A stretch of DNA of 64,000 nt from Thermoplasmatota archaeon (GTDB taxonomy: Archaea > Thermoplasmatota > Penumbrarchaeia > Penumbrarchaeales > Penumbrarchaeaceae), in contig JARVGK010000010.1 of the NCBI GenBank assembly GCA_029762535.1, positions 1 to 64,000 on the forward strand, in the 5' to 3' direction. A program made the translations under genes and the position numbers. Shown piece after piece: positions 47,386 through 58,346 of the stretch. The notes under the pieces are model-generated. The model searched no databases. It saw only the letters and a list, made by a program, of their open reading frames with translations, and was not told where the DNA came from. Every line of letters begins with the position of its first letter. Position 1 is the stretch's first letter.

Positions 47386-50283
47386 ATGGACGATCTCGAT
47401 TCCGCCGCATTGGAGGCAAAATGGCAGAGGATATGGGAGGAACGCTCCGCCTTCAGTCCTAGGGGGCCCAACCCAGATGCCAATGGCAAGTTCTTCATGA
47501 TATTCGCCTATCCAGGGATCTCCGGTTACCTCCACGTCGGTCACATGAGGGGGTTCACCTACACCGATGTGATGACGCGTTACAAGCGTTCCAGTGGCTA
47601 TGACGTCCTTTTCCCGGTAGGTTTCCACGCTAGCGGGATCCCCGCCATATCTCTGGCCAAACGCATCGAGAGGGGCGATGAGAGAACGATGGAGTACATG
47701 GTCAAGAACGGCGCCCCCAAAGACATCATCCCCACGCTTTCCGATGTCGATAATTTGATCGGTTTCTTCTCTAAGGTCTATATTGAAGATTACTGGAAGC
47801 GCTTCGGGTTCGGGATGGACTTCACCAGGTGCATGAGCACGATCTCCCCCGGCTACAACAGGTTCATCTCCTGGCAGTTCCGCAAGCTCAGGGACAGGGG
47901 CCTTCTCGTGACAAAGCCACATTATGCCCCTTACTGCCCGAGCTGCGGCCCCGTCGCAGTGGATGCCTCCATGACGGACATCCAATCCGGCGGTGGCGCG
48001 GAGATCCTGGACTTCACCGTTCTCAAATTTCGCCTCGAGGACGGCACCGTCCTCCCCGCCGCGACCCTGAGGCCCGAGACAGTTTACGGTGTCACGAACA
48101 TGTGGCTGCACCCCTATGTCGATTACGTTCTCGCCTCCGTCGGCCCCGAGAAATGGCTGATGTCGCGGGAGGGCATGGAGAAGCTTCTCCATCAGACCAA
48201 AGGGGAGATGGATGTCCGATCCATCTCAAGAGGCAAGGGCTCCGACCTGATCGGAAGAACATGCACGACGCCGCTTGGAAGGGAAGTGCCCATTCTTCCC
48301 GGGGATTTCGTCGATCCGGCCGTGGCGACGGGGGTCGTCATGTCCGTTCCGGCCCACGCCCCCTTCGACTGGATCGCCCTGAAGGACCTTCAGGGCACGG
48401 ACGTTGCGATCCCTGGCATATCGAGAGAGGAATTGGAGGGTATCCGGCCCGTCACCCTCATTAGGTCGGGGGCAAAGGCCCTCGAGGATCCCGCAGGGGT
48501 CCTGTGCCGGGAGATGGGCGTCCAGACCCAGCATGACTCCGGGAAGCTCGAGGAGGCCACCAAGCGCATCTACAAGGACGAGTTCCATTCCGGGATTCTC
48601 CTCGATATATGCGGCGAATACTCAGGCATGAAGGTGTCCCTTGCCAAGGACGCCCTCAGGTCCGACATGATCGCAAAAGGCGATGCCTCCGGGTTCCAGG
48701 AGTTCTCCGAGCCCGTCATATGCCGCTGCGGAGCGAAGGTGGTAATATCCAGGATACCCGACCAGTGGTTCATTCGCTACTCGGACGCTGATCTGACGCG
48801 AAAGGCCGTGGAGCACGCCTCCGAGATGGAGATCCTTCCGGATGAGTACAGGAAGGAGCTCCCATCCGTCCTGGAGTGGTTCGGCGACAGGGCCTGCATA
48901 AGACAGGGTTCCTGGCAGGGAACCGAGTTCCCATTCAAGAAGGGCTGGATAATCGAGCCCATATCCGATTCCACCCTGTATCCGGCCTACTACATCATAT
49001 CCCCCTACGTCAATGACGGCTCCCTGCCGCTCGAGGACATGGACGACGACTTCTTCGACCATGTCCTTCTGGGGATCCCGCCCGGCAAGGACATCGATCC
49101 CCGGAGAAGGGAGCTTCAGGAGAAGATAAGGAAGGATTTCCTCTACTGGTATCCACTGGACTTCAACTTAGGGGGCAAGGAGCACAAGACAGTGCATTTC
49201 CCCGTGTTCCTGATGAACCACGTCGCCATCATGGATAGGGCGCACTGGCCCCGCGGGATCTACGTCCACTGGTGGGTCACTATGGGGGGCGGGGACAAGA
49301 TCTCCAAGACCAAGGGAGGCGCGGAGCCCATACCCGAGGCGATCGCCAAGTACGGCGTGGACGCGATGAGGCTATACTACTGCCACGTTGGATCGTCCAA
49401 TATGGACGTGGAATGGGTCGAGGAGACCGTCTCCCATTACAGGGCGAGGACGAGAAGGATATTCGAACAGTTCCAGGACCTGCTTCGCCTCAAGGGGGGC
49501 CCGTCAACAATGGACGGGTACCTCAAAGCCGCGATGTCGAGAAGGACACAGGAGATCACCGCTTCCATGGAGAAGGGGGCCTTCAGGGACGCTTCCAACA
49601 GCGCCTATTTCGCGATCCCCGCAGACATGAGATGGTATGTCAGAAGGGGAGGGAACGACCCCGAGGCCGTGAGGGAGGCCCTCTCCGTATGGGCCAGGCT
49701 GTTACAGCCCGTCACCCCGCATATGGCGGAGGAGCTGTGGGAGATGATAGGGGGAGAGGGGCTGGTGTCGCTCGCTCCCTGGCCGGAGCCCTCTGACGGC
49801 CCGGAACTCGAAACGGCCTGGCTGAGGGAAGGTTACGTGTCCCAGCTGTTGGAGGACGCATCCAATATAATGAAGATGACGGGGATCGAAGCAAAACGCG
49901 TCTGCCTCTACGCTGCGCCCGATTGGAGATGGTATATGCTATCGGAGATGGTAGCGAAGGCGAGGGAGGGGGACGGGAGGCTCAACGTCGGCGACGTGAT
50001 CAAGCATCTCATGGGCATCGAGACGATGAGGGCTCATGCCAAGGAGATCCCCAAGCTGGTGCAGAGGCTGGTAAAGGACGTGGTCAAGATGGGCGATGCC
50101 GAGTTCAGGAGGATAGAGCTCCTGCGCGACGAGGTCTCCCTCCTCAAGGGCATCGCGCCTTTCATGTCCGGGGAACTCGGCTGCCCCGTATCCGTCTTCG
50201 GCGAGGACGACCCGGACATATACGACCCCACGGGCAAGGTCAGGGGGGCCATCCCCCTCAAACCGGCCATCTACATGGAGTGA
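47386..50283 (+). CDS. leuS: Leucine--tRNA ligase (archaeal type)
   Basis: AYPGISGYLHVGH (HIGH), ATLRPET, TGVVMSVPAHAPFD (CP1 editing domain), IEPISDSTLY, KISKT (KMSKS variant). Confidence 0.96.
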   Translation: MDDLDSAALEAKWQRIWEERSAFSPRGPNPDANGKFFMIFAYPGISGYLHVGHMRGFTYTDVMTRYKRSSGYDVLFPVGFHASGIPAISLAKRIERGDERTMEYMVKNGAPKDIIPTLSDVDNLIGFFSKVYIEDYWKRFGFGMDFTRCMSTISPGYNRFISWQFRKLRDRGLLVTKPHYAPYCPSCGPVAVDASMTDIQSGGGAEILDFTVLKFRLEDGTVLPAATLRPETVYGVTNMWLHPYVDYVLASVGPEKWLMSREGMEKLLHQTKGEMDVRSISRGKGSDLIGRTCTTPLGREVPILPGDFVDPAVATGVVMSVPAHAPFDWIALKDLQGTDVAIPGISREELEGIRPVTLIRSGAKALEDPAGVLCREMGVQTQHDSGKLEEATKRIYKDEFHSGILLDICGEYSGMKVSLAKDALRSDMIAKGDASGFQEFSEPVICRCGAKVVISRIPDQWFIRYSDADLTRKAVEHASEMEILPDEYRKELPSVLEWFGDRACIRQGSWQGTEFPFKKGWIIEPISDSTLYPAYYIISPYVNDGSLPLEDMDDDFFDHVLLGIPPGKDIDPRRRELQEKIRKDFLYWYPLDFNLGGKEHKTVHFPVFLMNHVAIMDRAHWPRGIYVHWWVTMGGGDKISKTKGGAEPIPEAIAKYGVDAMRLYYCHVGSSNMDVEWVEETVSHYRARTRRIFEQFQDLLRLKGGPSTMDGYLKAAMSRRTQEITASMEKGAFRDASNSAYFAIPADMRWYVRRGGNDPEAVREALSVWARLLQPVTPHMAEELWEMIGGEGLVSLAPWPEPSDGPELETAWLREGYVSQLLEDASNIMKMTGIEAKRVCLYAAPDWRWYMLSEMVAKAREGDGRLNVGDVIKHLMGIETMRAHAKEIPKLVQRLVKDVVKMGDAEFRRIELLRDEVSLLKGIAPFMSGELGCPVSVFGEDDPDIYDPTGKVRGAIPLKPAIYME

Positions 50284-50329
50284 TAGGAGCGCGGAGAACG
50301 GCCCAAATTTAATATGCGCAGGCATCCTT

Positions 50330-52846
50330 ATGGAGCCCATGCGGGACAGGGGCTCCGGATCCTTCAAAAAGTTCTGTATCGCGTTATATGCCCTGCTGCT
50401 GATCGTCACCAGCCTGCCTTTTGAGAGCGGGGCCGAGCCCGAGGCCGCCTGGTCGTATCATACGTCCTACGAGATCGATTCGATACTCACCGACCTGGCA
50501 TCGAGCAGGCCTGACATCGCCATGAAAACGACTGCCTGGGAGCTTCTAGGGATCCCGGACGCCGAGGGAGGGCGCTCGATCCCCATACTGTTCATAGGCA
50601 ACATGTCGGACCCCTCTCGATCGAACCTGATGTTCATCGGGGCCCATCACGGCAACGAGCCCGACTCCGCCGAGGCGGTCCTGGCCTTCGCGAGCTACAT
50701 CCTAGAAGGCGAGAACGACAGGGTCCGCTACGTCACATCAAGGCTGAACCTGATCGTCCTCCCGGTCGTCAACCCCTACGGTCTGGACATGGGCACCCGA
50801 TACGATGAAACTGGCGAGGACCCGAACAGGGACTACCCGTTCATGGCCTCATCTTCCTCGGCATACTCGGACGGTATCCCCCTCAACACCGCCGGTGCGA
50901 GGACCGTCCATGAACTTGCGAGGATGTATCCAACGGATATCGCCCTGAGCTTCCATACGGGCTCCTTCGGAATATTCACGCCGTGGGGAGCGGCCTCCAC
51001 CGGGAACATGACCCCGGACCATGTATGCTTCATGGAGCTCGCCTCCGCCATTTCCAGGGCGTCGGGCCTGAACATGCCCTACGGCCCAGCGAACGATTTC
51101 AAGGGCGTATCCTACCTGATGGGTGCCTTCGACGACCATCTCTACGGTTCATCCGTGTTCCCTGACCGCCTCTATTCCCAGGACATGATATTACCCTGGT
51201 CCTCGGCTTCCTTCACGGTGGAGCTCCGCACGGGTCTGGGAGAGGAGCCGGAAGGGCTCGGAACGCTTCATGGCGTGGACTCGGAACCCCCCTCGCTTCA
51301 GGTGATCCCCTCGGCCGTGAGGATGTGCCTGGCCGCGTGCATGATGGCGCGGGTCGATGCCTCCTATGATCTGGAGGTCACCGCGGGCGGGTCGACGGCG
51401 TCCTTCGAGGTGCGCGGCGTATCATCCATCGATGGATTGAACCTCGGGACGGACGAGGGCGAGGCCCTCGACCCGGACGATCTCAGGACCCATCCCAGGT
51501 ACCCGGAGATATCATTAAGCGCCACGCCTCCGGAGGGCGCGAAGGGTGTGAGGCTGTTCGGCGATCCGCGCGCCTCCTGGAGGGCCCACCTCGAGGGTTC
51601 ATACCCCAACGTATCCCCCAGATCGCTCCTGTCCGCGAGCTCGGTCGGCGGCATCGACGCTTGGGTCGGGCTCCCGTCGAGGGAAGAGGAAGCCCATATC
51701 GAGATAGTTGGCATAGATCCCATGATCGCGCAGGTCGGGAGCGGGGTCGAGGTCACGGTGATCATAGAGATGCCGGAGGGCGAACACATCAGCGGTCTTG
51801 ACCTCGTGACCATATCCAATGGCTTCGAGATGGCCCTTCCCTACACGGCTTGGGAGATAGTGAGCGGCGAGAACGTCCTTGAGGCATCCGCTGGCATCGT
51901 GGAGGGGTCGACCCGGCTCGAGGCGAGACTGCATACCAACAAGGGCACACATGTCAGGAGAGCGGCGTTTCACACGGCCCCCTGGATAGCTGTATCGGCG
52001 GAACACTATCCTGTCGATCACTCTCTCAAAGTGATCATGGGCCTCGAGGGTGCGAGGAAGCCCGCCTACGCCCATTTGACGCTATCCCCCGCCGGCGGCT
52101 GGGAAGGCCCCGTACTTGGGCCCTTCACCAGGCTCCTTCCCCAAGACGGTATAGAGATGTTCGAGATCGATGTATCCATGCTCGATGGAGAATACGAAAT
52201 GCTCTCATGGACCGGAACTTTCGAGCCACGACCATACGACCGGTTCTTCTTCTATCCCCGTATTAGGGCATCGGAGCTGCCCCTGCGGATCGTCGGCACG
52301 ACGCTGATATTGGGCCCCCTCACGGTCTTTGAGGGGGATAGATGCGTGGAACACCAGGGAGCCGTCAGAGCGGTCGTTGTCCGACCCGACGGCTTCGAGA
52401 CATGGATCGATATGCCTTTCGTCCCGTTCGAATCTTTGAACCCGGAGGACGCCCTGATAGCCCTGAACCAGGCCTCGAGGGCGGGTGTCACTGGCGAGAT
52501 CGCGGGAGCCTACCTCCTCGCGATCGACCTGCCGTGGCCTGGAACATACGAGGTTATGGGATATGTTACCGGTCCCAACGGCCCTGTTCCATTCGGATCG
52601 GGGATCACGCCTCCGCAGATGGAGGCGCTCCGTTACGGCTCGTTCGAGGTCATGGAGACCAAAGAGCAGGAAAGGGGCTTCCCCTTCGCGCTCATAGCTC
52701 TTTTCACCGTTCTCATAATCATAATATCCGTTGTTACGTATCTCAGGTATCCGGCCAGGATGAGGCAGATAGCCGAAAGTATGTCCGAGAGACCAGATGG
52801 GCGTTCGAGAACGGCTTACGAAAAAAGAAGAGGTGGGAGGAGATGA
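50330..52846 (+). CDS. Membrane-anchored M14 zinc carboxypeptidase
   Basis: GAHHGNE, PVVNPYG, DPNRDY, LSFHTG, FTVEL; N-terminal signal and C-terminal TM. Confidence 0.85.
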   Translation: MEPMRDRGSGSFKKFCIALYALLLIVTSLPFESGAEPEAAWSYHTSYEIDSILTDLASSRPDIAMKTTAWELLGIPDAEGGRSIPILFIGNMSDPSRSNLMFIGAHHGNEPDSAEAVLAFASYILEGENDRVRYVTSRLNLIVLPVVNPYGLDMGTRYDETGEDPNRDYPFMASSSSAYSDGIPLNTAGARTVHELARMYPTDIALSFHTGSFGIFTPWGAASTGNMTPDHVCFMELASAISRASGLNMPYGPANDFKGVSYLMGAFDDHLYGSSVFPDRLYSQDMILPWSSASFTVELRTGLGEEPEGLGTLHGVDSEPPSLQVIPSAVRMCLAACMMARVDASYDLEVTAGGSTASFEVRGVSSIDGLNLGTDEGEALDPDDLRTHPRYPEISLSATPPEGAKGVRLFGDPRASWRAHLEGSYPNVSPRSLLSASSVGGIDAWVGLPSREEEAHIEIVGIDPMIAQVGSGVEVTVIIEMPEGEHISGLDLVTISNGFEMALPYTAWEIVSGENVLEASAGIVEGSTRLEARLHTNKGTHVRRAAFHTAPWIAVSAEHYPVDHSLKVIMGLEGARKPAYAHLTLSPAGGWEGPVLGPFTRLLPQDGIEMFEIDVSMLDGEYEMLSWTGTFEPRPYDRFFFYPRIRASELPLRIVGTTLILGPLTVFEGDRCVEHQGAVRAVVVRPDGFETWIDMPFVPFESLNPEDALIALNQASRAGVTGEIAGAYLLAIDLPWPGTYEVMGYVTGPNGPVPFGSGITPPQMEALRYGSFEVMETKEQERGFPFALIALFTVLIIIISVVTYLRYPARMRQIAESMSERPDGRSRTAYEKRRGGRR

Positions 52847-53526
52847 TCAGGATAGCCCCGTCGATACTGTCGGCGAACATGTGCAGGCTGGAGGAGGACG
52901 TGAAGAGGGCCCTGTCCGCGGGGGCCGACATGGTGCACGTGGACGTGATGGACGGGCATTTCGTCCCCAACATAACGATCGGCATCCCCGTGGTCAGATC
53001 GCTCAGGGAATGCTGCGATGCGGAGTTGGATGTGCATCTGATGATAAGGGATGCCGAGAGGTACGCGCCATCCTTCGTCGAGGCGGGGGCCGACATCGTG
53101 ACCGTGCATGTCGAGGCCGCACCGCATCTGAACAGGGTACTGACATCCATACGCGAATCCGGGGGCCAGTGCGGCGTTGTCCTCAACCCGGCGACCCCTA
53201 TCTCATCGGTGAGCGAGGCATTGGAGATATCCGACATGGTCCTCCTGATGAGCGTGAACCCCGGGTTCGGTGGTCAGCGGTTCATAGGCCGTTCACTTGA
53301 GAGGATCTCGAAACTCAAGATGATGATCGAGGAGAGGGGTCTTGACATCCCGATCGAGATAGACGGGGGCATAGACCCGGGCAACGCGGCCGAGGTCGTC
53401 GAGGCTGGCGCGGACGTGCTCGTCGCCGGGTCATCGGTCTTCACCGCCAACGGAGGCGATGTGGAGAACAATATCGCGGCACTGAGGTCGGCGGCTATGC
53501 TGGGATCACAACGTAGGGGCCGATGA
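52843..53526 (+). CDS. rpe: Ribulose-phosphate 3-epimerase
   Basis: IAPSILSA, HVDVMDGHFVPN, DVHLM, MSVNPGFGGQ, IEIDGG, VAGS; start ATG 52843 (ATGA overlap). Confidence 0.96.
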   Translation: MIRIAPSILSANMCRLEEDVKRALSAGADMVHVDVMDGHFVPNITIGIPVVRSLRECCDAELDVHLMIRDAERYAPSFVEAGADIVTVHVEAAPHLNRVLTSIRESGGQCGVVLNPATPISSVSEALEISDMVLLMSVNPGFGGQRFIGRSLERISKLKMMIEERGLDIPIEIDGGIDPGNAAEVVEAGADVLVAGSSVFTANGGDVENNIAALRSAAMLGSQRRGR

Positions 53527-55117
53527 GGGCCGTGTAATGTCCCGATGCTGTGAGTATCGAGAGCACTCTTCCGTTCGTCCCGTCCACAACGACGGCATGG
53601 ACCGTCTTGGGATCCCTCGCATCGTTGACGGAGGAGACGAAGAGGTCCGCGCCCTGGGCCCTGCTCAAGCCCAGAACGTTGAAGAGGAGGACCGAGGTCA
53701 CGTTCGCTCCGAGGCTGCGGGAAACGACCCTTAGCTCGTATGATGCGGCGTACTGTCCGCCTGCGAAGAACCTGCTCGAGTGAGGCGATGATCGAAGGAC
53801 GGATTCATGGTCCTTGAGCGATATCAGGTCCCTTCCCCGGACCCCGTATTCGTTGGATGTGTGCCTGGCCGCAGATAGCAGACCGAGCCTTTTCATATCA
53901 AGACGGTCCCCGCCTGCTTGAGAGGCGACCTCGAAATTCACGGCGGGATGGTGATAGCCCGTATCCCTTCCGGAGGTAAGGGTGATGTTCCAGATCATCG
54001 ATCCGGAGGGACCGCGGCTCTCGTTGCGGTAATATCTCATATCGGTGAACGTCACGCCGGGCTCGTCCCGGACGAAGGCATCGATGAGGGGGCTGTTGGA
54101 CCTGGCGTGCTCAAGGGTTTCTTTTGGCGTGAACCTCAGGGAGGTCTCACCTCCGTCCCTGGGCACCTCAGCGACGGGGAGCGGGACCGTTGCCGTTGGG
54201 CGATCATCCCTTACGCTGGTTATCGTAGAGAAGCCAACGGGCGCCCCCTGACCAACGGTCCAATCGATGAGCCTTGTTCGCAGGGTCATATGAAAGCTCA
54301 GTTCACCCTCCGTGCTGGGATACGCACCGCTGCATTCCAGGTAATACTCCTCGGGCCATGGGGCCTTCTCCGTGAAGGCCGCGCTCATCACAAGGTGTAA
54401 GTTCGTATGGTTGGCCTTGGTACTGAACAGGATACTAGGGACGGGGCCTTCATAGGAGGTCCGGACCGAGTACTCCAACCTCGCGTCCTTTATGTTCAGC
54501 CCCAATTCGTCCAGGGACAGGTCCATATCGGTCTCGCCTGATACCCAGGACCCATCCCCCGAGTATAGTTCCGCCATCCTCATCCATATCATATCGGTCC
54601 AGAGCCCTCCGTGGTCCAGCAGTTCCAGATGTACCGATGATGCCGGGTAGGAACCAGAACCTGGCCGGTCCACGCTGACCTTCGTGTCCAATGTGGTGCC
54701 TTGAAGCGACGCTTCAGGATAACTTATCAGCCTCGACCTCTCTATGGACCCCGACAGGGGTTGTGAGGGTTTGGAGGAGGTTTCGTATCTGGTCTTGAAG
54801 GTGCCCGAGAGCGTCTGTTTGTATGCGTCACCGTATACCATATTGGTGGCCCTGGCATCCATCGAATACGATCCCGAGCTCGTTGTATCGGCCCTGCCGA
54901 TATCAAGAGTTAGATTTTGCTCGGCTATGAAAAGCGATCCCGCCCTGAGATGGGGTATCTGAGGGAGATAAGGACCTCCATCTGGCATGCTTCCCTCCAT
55001 CCAGGGTGGGACCGGGCCCTCGGTCAGATCGTTCTCGTACAGGGTCAGGGCTGCGTTTATCAGCACCGCGGCCGAAAGGAGTGCGTATATGGCGACCCTG
55101 GTTTCCAGTAGGACCAA
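53495..55117 (-). CDS. N-terminally anchored extracellular hypothetical protein (paralog of 55153-56943), PepSY-like C-terminus
   Basis: N-terminal TM; shares PRDG, WNITL, GAD and VDGTNGRVL motifs with its neighbour. Confidence 0.7.
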   Translation of the reverse strand: MVLLETRVAIYALLSAAVLINAALTLYENDLTEGPVPPWMEGSMPDGGPYLPQIPHLRAGSLFIAEQNLTLDIGRADTTSSGSYSMDARATNMVYGDAYKQTLSGTFKTRYETSSKPSQPLSGSIERSRLISYPEASLQGTTLDTKVSVDRPGSGSYPASSVHLELLDHGGLWTDMIWMRMAELYSGDGSWVSGETDMDLSLDELGLNIKDARLEYSVRTSYEGPVPSILFSTKANHTNLHLVMSAAFTEKAPWPEEYYLECSGAYPSTEGELSFHMTLRTRLIDWTVGQGAPVGFSTITSVRDDRPTATVPLPVAEVPRDGGETSLRFTPKETLEHARSNSPLIDAFVRDEPGVTFTDMRYYRNESRGPSGSMIWNITLTSGRDTGYHHPAVNFEVASQAGGDRLDMKRLGLLSAARHTSNEYGVRGRDLISLKDHESVLRSSPHSSRFFAGGQYAASYELRVVSRSLGANVTSVLLFNVLGLSRAQGADLFVSSVNDARDPKTVHAVVVDGTNGRVLSILTASGHYTALIGPYVVIPA

Positions 55118-55152
55118 CTCCTTGAGTGAAGATGCATATCATTTATTATTAA

Positions 55153-56943
55153 CTATCCTCCGAATACAGCTGCGAGCTGCGAACCCTCAACGGATGTGAC
55201 GTAGAGCAGCTGCCCCGTGTTCGCGTCCACGGCCGCGGAGAAGGTCGATCCCGTGGTCCATACCTCGCCGTACTGCATCCCGAAGGCGTTGTCCGCCCCG
55301 GGGGTGGTGATGCCGAGTATCTGTTCGACCAGGGCAAGGGACGGTATCGCGTTCCGGGAGATCCCTACTATGCCGTAGTAGTACTTGACCCCCTCGTTGA
55401 GGGTGTTCCCCGTATAGGCGTTGGCCCTGACATCGGCATCGAGCTTGATGATCCTCTCAGAGGCGGTGAGCGTCAGGATCTCCCTGTCCAGGTTCATGCT
55501 GTCTATATCCAGGTAACCCCTGGTCCTGCCGTGCCTTTCATCGCCCTCGTCCCTTGAGATGAACGTCGATACAACGCTCCCCGAGAGCTTCTGGTCCACG
55601 GAGCGGGCAACGAGTATCCTGTACCTCCACTCGGGCCACTCCTCGGTCTCACGATAATGGTCCCTGGCCTCTTCCCCGGATGCTACCAGGGAGAACGTGA
55701 GGTTCCACCACTGCGTGGTGTTCCTGCCGAGCCTGTCCTCCTTGGAGATGTTGAATACGGAATCCTCTATGACGATCGATCCCTTGGACCCGTACTCGTC
55801 CATGAAGGCGTTCAGTTCCACAGAGCGGTCCAATGCGAAATCCATCGCCTGGTTCAATGTCCATCCGCTGAACGATGAGCGGTCCACGGCGGACCCGTCC
55901 CGGGGAGCGATATCCCATTCGGCGAACTCCCCACCTCCGTGCCTGTCGACATACCCTTCATCGTTCGATGCGTCGCCCCATGATATGGCTCTGTCCCCTC
56001 TTATGAGTGACCGATCCCCCGGATAGAGGTCCATCCCGAATTCGAGAACGATGTAGAAGGTCTCGTCCTCGTCGCTGAAGCTGGTGTTGCTCCTGGTATT
56101 TCCCTTGATGTAGAATGGCGAATCACCGGAGACGTAGATCGATCTCTCGAAGTTGAAGAAATCCCAGAATCGGGTGGTGACGTTGATGAGGTATGTGTCG
56201 TGTTCGCCCACCCTGTACGCCCCGTCCACCTGCCAGTCGTATATCCAGGAGGTCTCCTGGGAGCTGGCTGGAGGTATATACTGGCCTTTGGAGCTCTTGT
56301 ACAATACCTGCCCGCTGCCGTATATGGCGTCGTCCATTGATACCGCAGCATCTGCATTCGGGTCAGGATACGTCCTGAGGTCGGCTATATACGAGACGTC
56401 GGCCGGGATATTTCCGAACGAGGACCCGAGGCCATTGATGCTCAGGGAGCCGCTGTTCGTCGCCATAAGCTGATGCCCGTCGAGCAGGTTGACGAAATCC
56501 GATCGGTCCACCTCGATGTTCCCGGGTATGACCACGGTGTCCTTGTCGTTGCCCTCTATCCTCATCTGGAAATTCGCCCTCGTGGAATAAACGGTCTTTA
56601 TGGACATATGCGACTTGAGGAACCCGTCCTTGACGGTTTCCGGTTCGTCGATATACTGTAGGAACTCCCCCTCGCCCGTTAACGTGTACCGCTGCCACTC
56701 GCCGCTGGTGCGGTTCTCGTAGAACATCTGAGCGAATAGCTTGTAGGTGTACTTGGCCTGGTCGCCTATCATCATTTCCGGCACGGTAAGTGAGGAGGGC
56801 CCTTCTATGCTCACGATGGAATCCCCGCCTCCGCCACCGGGCCCGTTCCCGTGATCATCTCCGAATATCACAACGCCTGTCAGAACTATCCCCAGGTTAG
56901 CAAAAAGGGCTATGATCGCGACGATGATGGCCAGGAACCTCAT
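55153..56943 (-). CDS. N-terminally anchored extracellular hypothetical protein, PepSY-like C-terminus
   Basis: N-terminal TM, Gly linker, PRDG, WNLTF, VDANTGQLL. Confidence 0.75.
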   Translation of the reverse strand: MRFLAIIVAIIALFANLGIVLTGVVIFGDDHGNGPGGGGGDSIVSIEGPSSLTVPEMMIGDQAKYTYKLFAQMFYENRTSGEWQRYTLTGEGEFLQYIDEPETVKDGFLKSHMSIKTVYSTRANFQMRIEGNDKDTVVIPGNIEVDRSDFVNLLDGHQLMATNSGSLSINGLGSSFGNIPADVSYIADLRTYPDPNADAAVSMDDAIYGSGQVLYKSSKGQYIPPASSQETSWIYDWQVDGAYRVGEHDTYLINVTTRFWDFFNFERSIYVSGDSPFYIKGNTRSNTSFSDEDETFYIVLEFGMDLYPGDRSLIRGDRAISWGDASNDEGYVDRHGGGEFAEWDIAPRDGSAVDRSSFSGWTLNQAMDFALDRSVELNAFMDEYGSKGSIVIEDSVFNISKEDRLGRNTTQWWNLTFSLVASGEEARDHYRETEEWPEWRYRILVARSVDQKLSGSVVSTFISRDEGDERHGRTRGYLDIDSMNLDREILTLTASERIIKLDADVRANAYTGNTLNEGVKYYYGIVGISRNAIPSLALVEQILGITTPGADNAFGMQYGEVWTTGSTFSAAVDANTGQLLYVTSVEGSQLAAVFGG

Positions 56944-57089
56944 TCTTTATCACCAATGGCTTTCATAAGGTTCCATTATTATATGATATTTTAGGGTGAA
57001 ATGTGATGTTCTATCCCGTTGAGCGTCCATCAACTGTTCGGGAAACCATATATCTACGTTCATTTCTCTCCCCCTGAAAAGGTGATGAG

Positions 57090-58013
57090 ATGACACAGGA
57101 ATTCGATCTCGCGATAATCGGGGGAGGACCGGCCGGTATGACCGCCGCCATATATGCGGGCAGGTCGGGGTTGAGGGCGGCGGTCCTGGAAAAGGCGATG
57201 GCCGGGGGCCAGATTGCGCTTTCGTATCTTATCGAGAACTGGCCAGGGGACGCCGAGATCTCCGGAGCGGACCTTAGCGCCAGGATGAGGGGCCATGCGG
57301 AGCGATACGCCTCCATCATCGAGTTCTCGGAGATCACCTCGATAGAAAAGGAGGATGTGTTCGTGATAGATACTCCCGAGGGGAAGCTGAGGGCGAGGGC
57401 GGTCCTTATCGCCACCGGGGCGGAGCACAGGAAGCTTGGGGTTCCGGGCGAGGAGGGGCTTGGCGGAAGGGGGGTAAGCTACTGTGCCACCTGCGACGGG
57501 TTCTTCTTCAAAGGGAAGAGGGTGCTCGTTGTCGGAGGCGGCAACACCGCCGTCGAATACGCCATATATCTGCACAACATCGGATGCGACGTGTCCCTGG
57601 TCCACCGCAGGGGCGAGCTCAGGGCCGAGATGAAGATGCAGGAGGAGCTCGGAAAGAGGGATATCCAGGTCATATGGAACAGCGTTGTCCTCGAGTTCAG
57701 AGGCGATGGAACTCTGAAGGAGGTCCTGCTCAGGGACAAGTTATCTGGCGTGGAGAGGACCGTTGAGGCGGACGGGGTGTTCGTAGCCGTAGGTGAGGTC
57801 CCCAACAACGAGATCCCGAAGAGGCTGGGTCTCGACCTCGACCCTGATGGATACGTGATCGTGGACAGGATGATGAGGACATCGATCCCGGGGATATACG
57901 CTGCAGGCGATGTTACCGGGGGATTGAAGCAGGTCGTGGTCGCCGCCGGGGAGGGGGCCATAGCCGCAACGACGGCCTTCGAGGACCTCAGGGAGCCTTA
58001 CTGGATAGGATGA
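57090..58013 (+). CDS. trxB: Thioredoxin reductase
   Basis: IIGGGPAG, SYCATCDG, VVGGGNTA, HRR, YAAGDV. Confidence 0.96.
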   Translation: MTQEFDLAIIGGGPAGMTAAIYAGRSGLRAAVLEKAMAGGQIALSYLIENWPGDAEISGADLSARMRGHAERYASIIEFSEITSIEKEDVFVIDTPEGKLRARAVLIATGAEHRKLGVPGEEGLGGRGVSYCATCDGFFFKGKRVLVVGGGNTAVEYAIYLHNIGCDVSLVHRRGELRAEMKMQEELGKRDIQVIWNSVVLEFRGDGTLKEVLLRDKLSGVERTVEADGVFVAVGEVPNNEIPKRLGLDLDPDGYVIVDRMMRTSIPGIYAAGDVTGGLKQVVVAAGEGAIAATTAFEDLREPYWIG

Positions 58014-58346
58014 TCATTCCTCGTCCTCTTTGCCGCCGTCCATGAGGCGCTCGCCGAAGGCGATGGTCTCCAGCGTCCTTGCGACCCAAAGCCTGTTGGA
58101 ATGCCGGTCCACATCCTCCCTCATGCGTATCTCGGACTCGATCTGCATCCGCACCAGATGGTATCTGTACTTCTCGATCTCGGTATCCTCGACGATCTCC
58201 TCGACCATCATCGGAAGCGAATGCGGATCGTCCATGACCCGCGCTATCTTCTGAAGCAGGGGAGGGATCTTGGATGGTACCTCGCCTGCGCACAGGACCC
58301 GCAGGGTCCCGTCCTCGTTGGACCTCTTTCTTGACTGGGCATCCAT
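58014..58346 (-). CDS. Small helical hypothetical protein
   Basis: 110 aa with GGTGA RBS upstream of ATG 58346; stop abuts the trxB stop. Confidence 0.7.
   Translation of the reverse strand: MDAQSRKRSNEDGTLRVLCAGEVPSKIPPLLQKIARVMDDPHSLPMMVEEIVEDTEIEKYRYHLVRMQIESEIRMREDVDRHSNRLWVARTLETIAFGERLMDGGKEDEE

Noticed and set aside
49290-49320. LeuRS KMSKS motif reads KISKT
   Set aside because: Conservative variant in an otherwise intact enzyme; not enough to suggest altered function.
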